This document shows, one piece after another, positions 55,101-63,809 of a DNA stretch of 64,000 bases; position 1 is the stretch's first letter; every line of letters begins with the position of its first letter. A program made the position numbers and the translations under genes. This DNA comes from Chitinophagaceae bacterium (GTDB lineage: Bacteria; Bacteroidota; Bacteroidia; Chitinophagales; Chitinophagaceae), in the NCBI GenBank assembly GCA_031441485.1, contig JANOEQ010000108.1, positions 387 through 64,386 of the forward strand, read 5' to 3'. Below the pieces are notes generated by a model. That model saw only the letters and a program-made list of their open reading frames with translations, was not told where the DNA came from and made no database searches.

Positions 55101-57005
55101 TATGATGAAATAATTGTAGTGGCTTCTAATGCATCTGTTCCCGGTGTGGGTAGTGATTATCCCGCTCCTGCAAATGCCACTTACGCAGGGCCTAACCAGG
55201 TTGTATACCGTGGTACAGGTACAAATGTTACCGTTACCGGTCTTACCAATGGAACAACATATTTCTTCAGGGTATTTACCAGGCTCGGCAGTAATTATTC
55301 GAGCGGAGTACAAACTACCGGCACTCCTTTTGACCCTTCCTCCGGTTATTTATACTTGTTTGGCAACCTGCACAGTCATTCCAGTTATTCAGATGGAAAT
55401 AAAGATGACCTGAGCAAGATTCCAGCTGATGACTATGCTTTTGCCAGGGATGCATTATGCATGGATTTTTTGGGTATCTCAGAACATAACCATGCAGGCG
55501 CAGGTATGGCATTGAGTGATTATGCATTAGGCTATTCGCAGGCAAATGCAATCAATGGAGTTGTGGGCGGAGTTAGCGGTAACTCTATTGTTACTCTTTG
55601 GGGAATGGAATGGGGTGTAATAAGCGGCGGAGGCCATGTGCTTACCTATGGATTCGAAGATCAGTTAGTGGGATGGGAAGCCGGCAACTACAATATATTT
55701 GTTGCAAAGAATGATTATGCTTCCTTATTTAATTTAATTAACGGACAACCGGGTGCATTTGCCTCCCTGGCACATCCTAACAGCAGCGACTACGGAAACA
55801 TAGCAGGAACAGCTTATGATGCTGCTAAGGACAATGCCATTGCAGCCGCAGCCGTTGAAAGCGGACCTGCATTTTCTACCAACAGTACATTCCCGTATAA
55901 TGACTTCCCTTCACAACTTGCTTATTTAGGTTATTACAAAACGATGCTTGCAAAAGGATATCGCTTAGGTGCGAGCGTTGACCAGGACAATCATAATCTT
56001 ACATTCGGTACTGCCAATGCAAACAGGCTTGTGGTACTTACCGCTGCTAAAACAAGACCCGAAGTAATGAATGCGATACGCAGTATGCGTTTCTATGCAT
56101 CCAATGACTGTAATGCAAGGGTTGATTATAAGCTAAACGCAAATGTGATGGGAAGCTCTGTAACCGCCGGTGGTGTGCCTTCGATTACATTAAGTGTAAC
56201 CGATCTGGATGCAGAAGATGCTGCCACTATTGAAATCTGGGGTGGCCAGGTGGGTGCTGCTGTACCTTCAGGCCCAATTAAAACTTACGCAGGAGTTAAT
56301 TCCATTGCATTCAACAGCGGCAATCCTGAAAATACTCAGGCAGACCTTTCCACTTATTATTACTTTGCGATTATCACCCAGACTGATGGTAACAAGATTG
56401 TTACCTCGCCTATCTGGTATTCAAGAAGTGACATTACATTGCCGGTAACTCTTATCAGCTTTGATGCTTCCTATAATCCAATAGATAACTCTGTATTATT
56501 AAGATGGTCAACTGCCCAGGAATTTGATACTAAAACATTTGCTATTCAACGTTCAAATGATTTTGGTGCAAATTATACCACCATCGGTACAATTGCTGCT
56601 GGTGGAACAACGACCAGTATAAGAAATTACCGGTTTACAGACTTCCATCCTTCAAAAGGCAAAAACCTTTACAGGTTGCAGCAAATAAATATTGACAATT
56701 CGTATGATTATTCCAGGATTGCATCCATTACCATTTCAGACAATAAAGAAACAGATTATTTTACGGTGTATCCAAATCCTGTTGCAAATGGATTTACTTA
56801 TATCTACCCGACGATGGCCAGTAGTCTTGCAAGAACTACCATTCAGCTTATAGATATGTCTGGAAAAACAGTAAAAGTTTCTGATGTGACATTTAATGGA
56901 CCCACGCCGATTAAGTATGACCTGATGAATATCCGACCCGGTATATACTTTGTAAAAATCGTATCTGAGGATATGGTGAGTACGGAAAAAATCATAATCC
57001 GGTAA
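52194..57005 (+). CDS. 1603-aa T9SS cargo protein with Calx-beta-like repeats, FN3-like modules, a PHP-type metallo-phosphoesterase domain and a type-A CTD
   Basis: Signal peptide. Three repeats of form ...TVDYAYTGSATFGTDYT...TPVDDATVEGTETV. The PHP signature is LFGNLHSHSSYSDG...ISEHNH. The C-terminus is YFTVYPNPVANGF...PGIYFVKIVSEDMVSTEKIIIR. Confidence 0.85.
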   Translation: MKKFYLSICFILIITSTFSQTTVFSDDFSANTNAVFTTSGAIGASAWNVLVPNADWGARRNTSPLQLELTNDASATGNANGWVFVSTNTSSFLSPYNTTLSSNTGTVTWNLNIRQIRPDPAGLGAGSYGVAFVLAGSSTTNNNTGNGYAIAYGQSGATDPVRLIHYTAGLATSTNIITSNTAGLTDFGTEYLSVRVIYTPSTNTWELLLRNDGATAFADPASGTLVTQGTAVNSTSTGSVLGLMGAFWNGSTAANQTSFFDNVSVTVTTVGGSTISIAAGTNAAEAPTPTAGTFAITFSTPTAASTTVDYAYTGSATFGTDYTVSYSDGTPSTATSTGTLTVPSGVSSITVTITPVDDATVEGTETVIATLSNPTAGYSLLTSTATINITDDDTPNTVSVAAGVNAGEPSTNGTFTLSLSAPAPVGGVTITYSFTGTATLTSDYTDALSGSITIPQGQSAGTITATTVNDQSQENDETIIITLNTASASYVINIASATINLTDNGDIDAIPYTGVTYTQNFNTLATTGLSTSNVSGWGLFETGTNANFSYSASDGTLNSGNTYDFGTGTNTDRAFGGLRSGSLTPLFGGKFINNTGSTINSLTVAYTGEQWRSGTASRVDKLDFQYSTDATSLSTGTWTDVDALDFTSPNNAAVAALDGNLAANRVIKTFALNGISIPAGSLFFFRWQDFDASGADDGLGIDDFSLSPGCTPPTNQPTALLLTPALTAINGSFTAAVPGADPADTYLVVMSTSASLGASPASGTAYAIDDVIGNGQVVSIGNSLTFNVTGLTPSTTYYFFVFSNSSATNCYNITSPLTGNISTLSPPVCTAPTPQVSALSASNITGTSLDLNYTRGGGTNILIVARVGSPVNSNPINSLAYPVSTQIGTDNFVIYNGTANTFSYTGLLPNTSYYFALYEYNSADLCYNTAALTGNFNTACVNPVNVNALSTTAGNTTVSVTWTLPNASCYDEIIVVASNASVPGVGSDYPAPANATYAGPNQVVYRGTGTNVTVTGLTNGTTYFFRVFTRLGSNYSSGVQTTGTPFDPSSGYLYLFGNLHSHSSYSDGNKDDLSKIPADDYAFARDALCMDFLGISEHNHAGAGMALSDYALGYSQANAINGVVGGVSGNSIVTLWGMEWGVISGGGHVLTYGFEDQLVGWEAGNYNIFVAKNDYASLFNLINGQPGAFASLAHPNSSDYGNIAGTAYDAAKDNAIAAAAVESGPAFSTNSTFPYNDFPSQLAYLGYYKTMLAKGYRLGASVDQDNHNLTFGTANANRLVVLTAAKTRPEVMNAIRSMRFYASNDCNARVDYKLNANVMGSSVTAGGVPSITLSVTDLDAEDAATIEIWGGQVGAAVPSGPIKTYAGVNSIAFNSGNPENTQADLSTYYYFAIITQTDGNKIVTSPIWYSRSDITLPVTLISFDASYNPIDNSVLLRWSTAQEFDTKTFAIQRSNDFGANYTTIGTIAAGGTTTSIRNYRFTDFHPSKGKNLYRLQQINIDNSYDYSRIASITISDNKETDYFTVYPNPVANGFTYIYPTMASSLARTTIQLIDMSGKTVKVSDVTFNGPTPIKYDLMNIRPGIYFVKIVSEDMVSTEKIIIR

Positions 57006-57014
57006 AATGCTAAA

Positions 57015-57049
57015 AGCCTGTCAAACAACTGACAGGCTTTTTTTCTTTT
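57015..57049 (+). terminator. rho-independent terminator
   Basis: AGCCTGTCA-aacaac-TGACAGGCT followed by TTTTTTTCTTTT. Confidence 0.85.
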
Positions 57050-57147
57050 GATAACAATTTGCTTCGGGTTGATAATCAGCTAAAATAGAAATTATTACCA
57101 CCAAAAAGGGTCAGTGATCCATCCAGAAAATACGCTGATTATTCCAT

Positions 57148-57177
57148 TTTGCATCTGACCATATTCCCCTATCTTTG
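57148..57177 (+). promoter_or_regulatory. Bacteroidetes-type promoter of the rpsF-rpsR-rplI operon
   Basis: -33 TTTG (57148-57151) and -7 TATCTTTG (57170-57177) with an 18-nt spacer. This leaves a ~180-nt leader. Confidence 0.55.
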
Positions 57178-57358
57178 CCGCCCCAAATCTGTGTTCGCAG
57201 ATTCTTTTCCCCGCTGCTGCAGGGAACTGTCCGATGGGATAAACCCGCCTTCGCAAAGGTATGGGCGGATAAAACCGCCTTCACAGGTGCTATGGCGGAT
57301 AAACCGAATTATTAACAAATCCGCCTTTGCCAGGTCACTGGCGGATAAAACAGGTAAA

Positions 57359-57715
57359 ATGAACAATTACGAATTGATGGTGATCTTTACCCCTGTTTTG
57401 AGTGATGATGAGTTTAAAGCGGAGCAAAAAAAATATGCAAAGCTTGTTACCGATTTAGGTGGCTCAATCGTAGCTGAAAATCCATGGGGATTAAAATCAT
57501 TGGCTTACCCGATCCAGAAAAAAACAACGGGATTGTACTGGGTGCTGGAGTACACTGCGGCATCTGATTTTAATGAAAAGCTGAAAATTCAGCTATTGCG
57601 TGATGAAACAGTACTTCGTCACCTATGCACTAAACTCGATAAATACGCCGTCGAGTATAATGCAAGAAAGAAAAGTGGTGTAAAATCAGGAACCGAAAAA
57701 CCAGTGGAGGCTTAA
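57359..57715 (+). CDS. rpsF: 30S ribosomal protein S6
   Basis: The [13 protein letters not shown]-terminus is typical of S6. The tracked upstream extension translates a repeat-rich leader. Confidence 0.92.
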   Translation: MNNYELMVIFTPVLSDDEFKAEQKKYAKLVTDLGGSIVAENPWGLKSLAYPIQKKTTGLYWVLEYTAASDFNEKLKIQLLRDETVLRHLCTKLDKYAVEYNARKKSGVKSGTEKPVEA

Positions 57716-57719
57716 TACA

Positions 57720-57983
57720 ATGGCAAAAAATGAAATTAAATACCTGACCGCCATTAAAAGCGAAAAGAGAGAAAAGAAATTCTGCCGCTTTAAAAAATAT
57801 GGCATCCGCTACATCGATTACAAAGATGTGGAGTTCCTGAAAAAATTTCTGAATGAGCAGGGTAAATTATTGCCCCGCCGCCTTTCCGGAAACAGCCTGA
57901 AATACCAGCGCAAAGTTTCTGATGCGGTGAAGAAAGCCCGTCAGATGGCATTATTGCCTTACGTAACAGATCTTTTAAAATAA
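57720..57983 (+). CDS. rpsR: 30S ribosomal protein S18
   Basis: [16 protein letters not shown]...LPRRLSG...QRKV typical S18 core. Confidence 0.93.
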   Translation: MAKNEIKYLTAIKSEKREKKFCRFKKYGIRYIDYKDVEFLKKFLNEQGKLLPRRLSGNSLKYQRKVSDAVKKARQMALLPYVTDLLK

Positions 57984-58063
57984 CACCTCACCCCTAACCC
58001 TCTCTGTAAAATGACGAAGGGGACCGTCCATTCCTCATAAGCGAAGAAGGGATTGGGATGCGG
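57984..58063. repeat. REP-like palindromic element (GGGGATGAGGT family) filling the rpsR-rplI spacer
   Basis: The arms CACCTCACCCCTAACCCTCTC and GAAGAAGGGATTGGGATGCGG are roughly complementary. Each resembles GAGAAGGGTTGGGGATGAGGT of the 9488-9604 element. Confidence 0.55.
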
Positions 58064-58077
58064 ATAAAAAGAGAACA

Positions 58078-58524
58078 ATGGAAATCATATTAATTCAAGA
58101 TGTAGATAACCTGGGCGCTAAAAACGAAGTGGTGAAAGTAAAAAACGGCTATGCCCGTAATTACTTATTGCCGCGTCAACTGGCCGTAGAAAACAGCAGC
58201 AGCAACAGAAAGCAACTGGAAGAAAGAATGAAGCAGGTGAAGAAAAAAGAAGATAAGATGCTGGCTGAAGTAAACAGCGTAATAGCTAAATTGAGTGAAG
58301 CTCCGCTGAAGCTGGGTGCTAAAACAGGAACAAGTGGTAAAATTTTCGGCAGCATCACCTCTCTTCAAATAAGCCGTGCTATACGTGAACAGAGAGGTTA
58401 TGAAATTGACCGCAGGAAAATCACTATCTCTGACGATGTAAAAGAATTGGGGACTTATAAAGCTACTATTGACTTTGGCAACGGTAAATCAACCGAAGTT
58501 GAATTTGAAGTGGTGGCTGAGTAA
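58078..58524 (+). CDS. rplI: 50S ribosomal protein L9
   Basis: MEIILIQDVDNLG...VKNGYARNYLLP typical L9 N-terminus. Confidence 0.93.
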   Translation: MEIILIQDVDNLGAKNEVVKVKNGYARNYLLPRQLAVENSSSNRKQLEERMKQVKKKEDKMLAEVNSVIAKLSEAPLKLGAKTGTSGKIFGSITSLQISRAIREQRGYEIDRRKITISDDVKELGTYKATIDFGNGKSTEVEFEVVAE

Positions 58525-58549
58525 TATAACTGGTACTATACTGTAAAAA

Positions 58550-58580
58550 CGTCCTTTCAATTATGAAGGGACGTTTTTTT
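58550..58580 (+). terminator. rho-independent terminator after rplI
   Basis: CGTCCTTTC-aattat-GAAGGGACG followed by TTTTTTT. Confidence 0.8.
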
Positions 58581-58911
58581 ATAACTACACTATTCATAAA
58601 AGGCCGTTTGGTAACTAATTTCGCTATAGCCACCTGTTTTGGGGTTTGTATATTTCTTCCACTTTTCCCCAAAATTAATTAGTATCAATTTTGGCTCTTA
58701 GCCGTTAAAAACCAAAGCATTAGAAGTTGTTCCAGGCAATAGGACGCTTTCATATTAAAAAAACAGTACAATGTGGAAAAAAAATCCGTTATTTTGTCTT
58801 GCATTTGGTGCTCTTTCAGTTTCACAAGTCCTGAACGTCTCGAAAAACCGTTGAATGTTCATTGGGTACTGTTTACTGTTGACACTTTTATTTTTTTTAA
58901 AACCTCTCAAA

Positions 58912-59334
58912 ATGAACATTTACGTAGGAAACCTCAGTTGGAACCTGAAAGATCAGGACTTATCTAACCTTTTTGCCACACATGGCGAAGTGACTTCAGC
59001 AAAAATTGTAACAGACAAATTCACTAACCGCAGCAAAGGCTTTGGTTTTGTTGAAATGGCCAACGATGACCAGGCACAAGCAGCAATCGCTGCTTTAAAT
59101 GGTACTGAAGTTGACGGTCGTAACATTGTTGTCAACGAAAGTCGTCCAAAACCAGAAGGTGGCGGTAGCGGCGGTAGCGGTGGCTTCAAGAAAAGAAGCT
59201 TTGGCAGCGGCGGCGGTGGCGGCGGCTACAAAGGTGGTGGCAGCGGCGGTGGCGGCGGCTACAAAGGTAAAAGTGGCGGCGGTGGTGGTGGCGGTTACAA
59301 CCGTGACCGTGGTGGATATAATAACGATTATTAA
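58912..59334 (+). CDS. RRM-domain RNA-binding protein with a Gly-rich (GGGGYK) tail
   Basis: RNP2 NIYVGNL and RNP1 KGFGFVEM. I prefer the start at MNIYVGNL (58912). The C-terminus is GGSGGSGG...GGGGGYKG repeats. Confidence 0.9.
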   Translation: MNIYVGNLSWNLKDQDLSNLFATHGEVTSAKIVTDKFTNRSKGFGFVEMANDDQAQAAIAALNGTEVDGRNIVVNESRPKPEGGGSGGSGGFKKRSFGSGGGGGGYKGGGSGGGGGYKGKSGGGGGGGYNRDRGGYNNDY

Positions 59335-59371
59335 TCAATCCCCATGTGCGGGATTCACGAAGTTTTATAAA

Positions 59372-59401
59372 GTCTGGTTCGAAAGAACCGGGCTTTTTTT
59401 A
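59372..59401 (+). terminator. rho-independent terminator after the RRM gene
   Basis: GTCTGGTTC-gaaa-GAACCGGGC followed by TTTTTTTA. Confidence 0.8.
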
Positions 59402-59415
59402 TTTTCACAGTCAAT

Positions 59416-60303
59416 ATGGAAAATAAATTATCGCTTTCGCCCATAGTAGCCGGATGCATGAAGTGGGGCCAATGGGGTGCTATGTTTAGTACCACCGACT
59501 ATAAGAATATGATTGTTGCCTGTACAGACAGCAATATTACCAGTTTCGATCATGCAGATATTTATGGCGATTATTCCACAGAAGAAGAGTTTGGCGCTGC
59601 GCTGAAAGAGATACCGTCTGTTCGCAGGAATATACAACTGATAACAAAATGCGGTATTAAAATGCCAGTGGCTAATCGCCCTTATTTTCGTATCAAATCA
59701 TACAACACCAGTAAGGAATATATTATTGAATGTGCAGAAAGGTCATTGCGCAACCTGCACACCAATTACCTGGATGCATTTCTTATTCACCGGCCAGATC
59801 CTTTAATGAACCCCGAAGAAATTGCAGAAGCATTTACATTGTTGAAACAACAGGGGAAAGTATTGCATTTTGGTGTCTCCAATTTTACTCCATCACAGGT
59901 AAGCCTGCTGCACCAATATTTCCCGGTTGAAATAAATCAAATCCAAGCCTCATTGCTGCACATGGATTCATTTCATAATGGACAATTGGATCAATGCATT
60001 CAGGAAAAAATAGTACCCATGGCATGGAGTCCGCTGGGTGGCGGCCATTTACTAAATGATATTTCTGATGAAAGAGGTAAACGAATAAAAAAGATAACAC
60101 CCTTCTTATCCGAAAAATATAATGCAAGTCCGGAAAATATATTGCTAGCTTTTCTTCACCGCCATCCGGCACACATTATTCCTGTAATGGGCACTTCAAA
60201 AATAGAAAGGCTGCAATCAGCCATACATACAGCGTCTATTCAACTGGAAGCTAAAGAATGGTTTATGTTGTGGGAAGCATCGGCAGGAACAAAAGTCCCA
60301 TAA
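59416..60303 (+). CDS. aldo/keto reductase
   Basis: AKR catalytic context (FDHADIYG...; LIHRPD; GVSNF). Confidence 0.9.
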   Translation: MENKLSLSPIVAGCMKWGQWGAMFSTTDYKNMIVACTDSNITSFDHADIYGDYSTEEEFGAALKEIPSVRRNIQLITKCGIKMPVANRPYFRIKSYNTSKEYIIECAERSLRNLHTNYLDAFLIHRPDPLMNPEEIAEAFTLLKQQGKVLHFGVSNFTPSQVSLLHQYFPVEINQIQASLLHMDSFHNGQLDQCIQEKIVPMAWSPLGGGHLLNDISDERGKRIKKITPFLSEKYNASPENILLAFLHRHPAHIIPVMGTSKIERLQSAIHTASIQLEAKEWFMLWEASAGTKVP

Positions 60304-60576
60304 TAAAAACATAGTCCCCTGATTAAATACTATTCGGCCCTGGTAATAATATAAAGAAATTCTTATTTTCCCCGGCTGCAAGATACCGGCTACCCAACAT
60401 ACCTGTGTAACCGTATAATAATTCATTTTTAGTTTATTTTACAAAAGCATTACTTTTACATTTCTGACCATTGCCCCCTCTTTAATAATAGCACCACATC
60501 TACTTTCACCAGGTAAGGACAATTTTATTTTTGAAAAAGGATAGAGTCATTTATATTTTAAATAAAAAGACAACCA

Positions 60577-63500
60577 ATGAGAAAAACGTTGCTATCAATT
60601 CTATTGTTACTCCCTTTTCTGGTTTTTAGCCAGCGTACAATCACCGGGCGGGTAGCTGATGCCGCAGGTAATCAGCCCCTTCCAGGTGCATCTGTTGTAA
60701 TTAAAGGAAAATCAAAAGGCCTTACTACTGACGCAGAAGGAAAATTTTCTATCCGTATAGATGAGACTGTAAAGACAATTGAAGTTTCCTATGTGGGGTA
60801 TGAAACAAAACAAATTACTGTTGAACCCGGGCAAGAGTTTTATGAAGTACTTATGAAAAATACCGGTGACCAGCAGGAAGTAATTGTAACCGGTACCCGC
60901 TCTATAGGCAGGGTGGCTACACAAACCCCTGTGCCGGTGGATGTATTAAATATTAAAGACCTTACAAAATCTGCGCCACAGGCAAATCTTAACCAGATAT
61001 TGAATTATGTGGCTCCATCTTTCACCTCTAATACCATGACCGTTGCCGATGGCACAGACCATATTGACCCTGCCCAATTACGGGGCCTTGGTCCTGATCA
61101 GGTGTTGGTATTGCTGAACAGTAAGAGAAGGCACACTTCATCGCTTGTGAATGTAAATGGAACACCCGGAAGAGGTTCTGTAGGAACTGACCTGAATGCC
61201 ATTCCGGCTTATGCCATCGACAGAATTGAAGTATTGCGGGATGGTGCTGCAGCGCAATATGGCTCGGATGCAATAGCCGGTGTAATTAACGTAGTGATGA
61301 AGAAAGGCAGTAACAAATTGACTGCTTCTGTTTTCACAGGTGGATTTGTTTCTGCCGGAGCTAATGACCATCGCGGTGGATTGGATGGCGGACAAGTGCA
61401 ACTGGACCTCAACTATGGAATGAAAGCAGGTAAAAAAGGCGGCTTTGTAAATTTTACTGCCAGTGGTGTAATAAGGGATGATACCCGTCGTGCCACTGAT
61501 TTTAATGGGAACATCTATAACATATACAATGCAATTGAAAAAAGAGCTGCTGCTGGTGGTGTAAACTTAAGTTCACTATTCAGCAATGTCAACAACACAC
61601 CTAATACCGCACAGATCATCAGTACCATCAAGCAATATGCACCGCAGGTTACTTATCTTACTGCCACACAGCAGAGCAATATACAAGCGGCTACTACTAT
61701 TGCCGGCATGCAAGGCATACTTAGTGCTAATACAACTAATGATGAATTAAAATACAGGGGCCTTACCCGCCGTGATTTTAATATGCGTATAGGACAGTCA
61801 AAGCTTGGAAGCGGGCAGTTATTTATCAATGCAGAATTTCCGGTAAACAATAACTGGAAAGTGTATGCATTTGGAGGTTTTGGCTTACGCAGTGGTAATT
61901 CAGCAGGATTTTACAGAAGACCTAATCAAAACAGAACAACGACAGAGAAATACCTGGATGGCTTTTTACCGGAGATAGAATCAGATATCACTGATGGATC
62001 CATAGCGGCTGGTATTAAAGGAAAAACAAGAAGTGGCTGGAATATTGATTTCAGCAACACATTTGGGAATAACCAATTCCAATATCATGTAAATAACTCT
62101 GCCAATGCCACACAGGGTGTAAAATCAGCCACCCGCTTTGATGCAGGTTCACTGGGCTTTTCGCAAAATACCATCAACCTTGATTTCTCAAAAGCCCTTA
62201 ATGCATTAGAAGGGGGCAACATTGCCTTTGGCAGCGAATTCAGAATAGAAAATTATAAAATAGAAGCAGGCACACAAGATTCTTATGAAAGATTTGATAT
62301 CAATGGTATTCCTGCCACACCCACTACAGCAGCCAACTTATTACCCACTGACTTTTTTGGCAGTGCCAGGCCCGGTGGCGCCCAGGTATTTCCTGGCTTC
62401 AGGCCAGAGAATGCACTGAGTGAAAGCAGGAGCAATATTGCTGGCTATGCAGATTTGGAACTCAATGTAACAAAGGCATGGCTGGTGGAAGGTGCAATAC
62501 GCTTTGAAAACTACTCAGACTTTGGATCCACTTTCAATTATAAATTTGCAACAAGATTAAAGGTAGCCAAAGGGCTCAACCTGAGAGGTGCAGTAGCCAC
62601 CGGCTTCAGGGCTCCTTCACAACAGCAGAAATATTTCAATGCAACTGCCACTCAATTTATCGGTGGTATTCCTTTTGAAGTTGGCACTTTTGCAAATACC
62701 TCAAAAGCTGCAGAAGTACTTGGCATTCCCAAACTAAAACAAGAAGAATCCATCAGTGCCAGCGCAGGATTTACCTATAAAATCCCTGCTACCAACCTAA
62801 CCGTTACGGTGGATGGATACTTTGTACATATAGACGATCGTATTATCCTCACAGGCCAGTTTGCCAGGCCATCTGGGACCCCTACCGGTGACCAATTACT
62901 GTTGCAACAGGCATTTGATAAGGCCAATGCCAGTGCTGCCACCTTTTTTACCAATGCCATCAATACAGAATCCAGGGGTATCGACTTTATTGTTACCAAC
63001 CGGTTTAAATTTGAAAAAAATATCACCCTGAAAACAGACCTGGCAGGTACCGTGTCTAAGACACAAAAAGTAGGAGACATCAAAGCATCGGATATTTTAA
63101 AAAATACCGGCAATCTTAATAACTATTTTAATGAAGCCAGCCGTATTTACCTGGAATCGGCCGTACCCCGTTCCAAACTCTCGTTGATGAATACTTTAAC
63201 AGTTAACAAACTGGACTTTTTTATACGCCAAACTTATTTTGGAAAAGTAACTGATCCCAATACCACTGATATTAATGGTGACGGAATCGAAGAAGGTGCA
63301 TTTATCAATGGGCAATTTATTGCAGTGGAGCATCCGGTTTGGGGAGCCCGTACTGTCACTGATTTTTCTGCAGGCTATGAAATAAGTAAACACTGGAGAG
63401 TAACCGCCGGCGCTAATAATATTTTTGATATCTATCCGGATAAAAATCTAAAAACACAAACTGCAACCAGACCATTAATCGGTGGAGGATATGGCGCACC

Positions 63501-63609
63501 AGCTACTATTGATCTGAGCAATAATAACCAGTTTGAATATTCAAGAAACATATCCCAGTTTGGATTCAACGGAAGGTTCATTTTTGTACGGTTGAATTTA
63601 TCTTTATAA
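60577..63609 (+). CDS. TonB-dependent receptor with an N-terminal carboxypeptidase-regulatory-like domain
   Basis: Signal peptide, then GRVADAAGNQPLPGASVVIKG (CarbopepD_reg), a plug (IEVLRDGAAAQYGSDAIAGVINVV), a large barrel, and a C-terminal aromatic-rich end. No susD-like gene follows. Confidence 0.92.
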   Translation: MRKTLLSILLLLPFLVFSQRTITGRVADAAGNQPLPGASVVIKGKSKGLTTDAEGKFSIRIDETVKTIEVSYVGYETKQITVEPGQEFYEVLMKNTGDQQEVIVTGTRSIGRVATQTPVPVDVLNIKDLTKSAPQANLNQILNYVAPSFTSNTMTVADGTDHIDPAQLRGLGPDQVLVLLNSKRRHTSSLVNVNGTPGRGSVGTDLNAIPAYAIDRIEVLRDGAAAQYGSDAIAGVINVVMKKGSNKLTASVFTGGFVSAGANDHRGGLDGGQVQLDLNYGMKAGKKGGFVNFTASGVIRDDTRRATDFNGNIYNIYNAIEKRAAAGGVNLSSLFSNVNNTPNTAQIISTIKQYAPQVTYLTATQQSNIQAATTIAGMQGILSANTTNDELKYRGLTRRDFNMRIGQSKLGSGQLFINAEFPVNNNWKVYAFGGFGLRSGNSAGFYRRPNQNRTTTEKYLDGFLPEIESDITDGSIAAGIKGKTRSGWNIDFSNTFGNNQFQYHVNNSANATQGVKSATRFDAGSLGFSQNTINLDFSKALNALEGGNIAFGSEFRIENYKIEAGTQDSYERFDINGIPATPTTAANLLPTDFFGSARPGGAQVFPGFRPENALSESRSNIAGYADLELNVTKAWLVEGAIRFENYSDFGSTFNYKFATRLKVAKGLNLRGAVATGFRAPSQQQKYFNATATQFIGGIPFEVGTFANTSKAAEVLGIPKLKQEESISASAGFTYKIPATNLTVTVDGYFVHIDDRIILTGQFARPSGTPTGDQLLLQQAFDKANASAATFFTNAINTESRGIDFIVTNRFKFEKNITLKTDLAGTVSKTQKVGDIKASDILKNTGNLNNYFNEASRIYLESAVPRSKLSLMNTLTVNKLDFFIRQTYFGKVTDPNTTDINGDGIEEGAFINGQFIAVEHPVWGARTVTDFSAGYEISKHWRVTAGANNIFDIYPDKNLKTQTATRPLIGGGYGAPATIDLSNNNQFEYSRNISQFGFNGRFIFVRLNLSL

Positions 63610-63647
63610 CAATAAATTCAAGGCTAATTCTTTAAGAGGATATGTAT

Positions 63648-63780
63648 AAAAAAGAGGCTGACTCAAAAGTTTTTTTCCCGCAAAGACATAAAGCCGCAAC
63701 GTTTGATTTTCAATTACTTTAGACTTTGCGCCTTTATGTCTTTGCGTGATTTTCTGACTTCTGAGACAGCCTCTTTTTTT
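63648..63780. repeat. nested palindromic REP-like element / bidirectional terminator
   Basis: The outer arms are AAAAAAGAGGCTGACTCAAAAGT (63648-63670) and ACTTCTGAGACAGCCTCTTTTTTT (63757-63780). The inner arms are GCAAAGACATAAAG (63680-63693) and CCTTTATGTCTTTGC (63731-63745). Confidence 0.75.
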
Positions 63781-63809
63781 ATACAGGTAACCCCTGCCTA
63801 AGAAGCTGT

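Noticed and set aside
57149-57358. N-terminal extension making S6 188 aa
   Set aside because: S6 homology begins at [10 protein letters not shown] (57359). The extension translates the repeated GGCGGATAAA leader and overlaps the predicted promoter.
58855-58911. N-terminal extension of the RRM protein
   Set aside because: RNP2 (NIYVGNL) normally lies within the first few residues. The extension is a hydrophobic read-through of a T-rich leader.
58581-58911. Possible structured leader (Chlorobi-RRM-like motif) upstream of the RRM gene
   Set aside because: I could not identify a convincing promoter or conserved hairpin by eye and cannot run a covariance-model search, so it is not reported as a feature.
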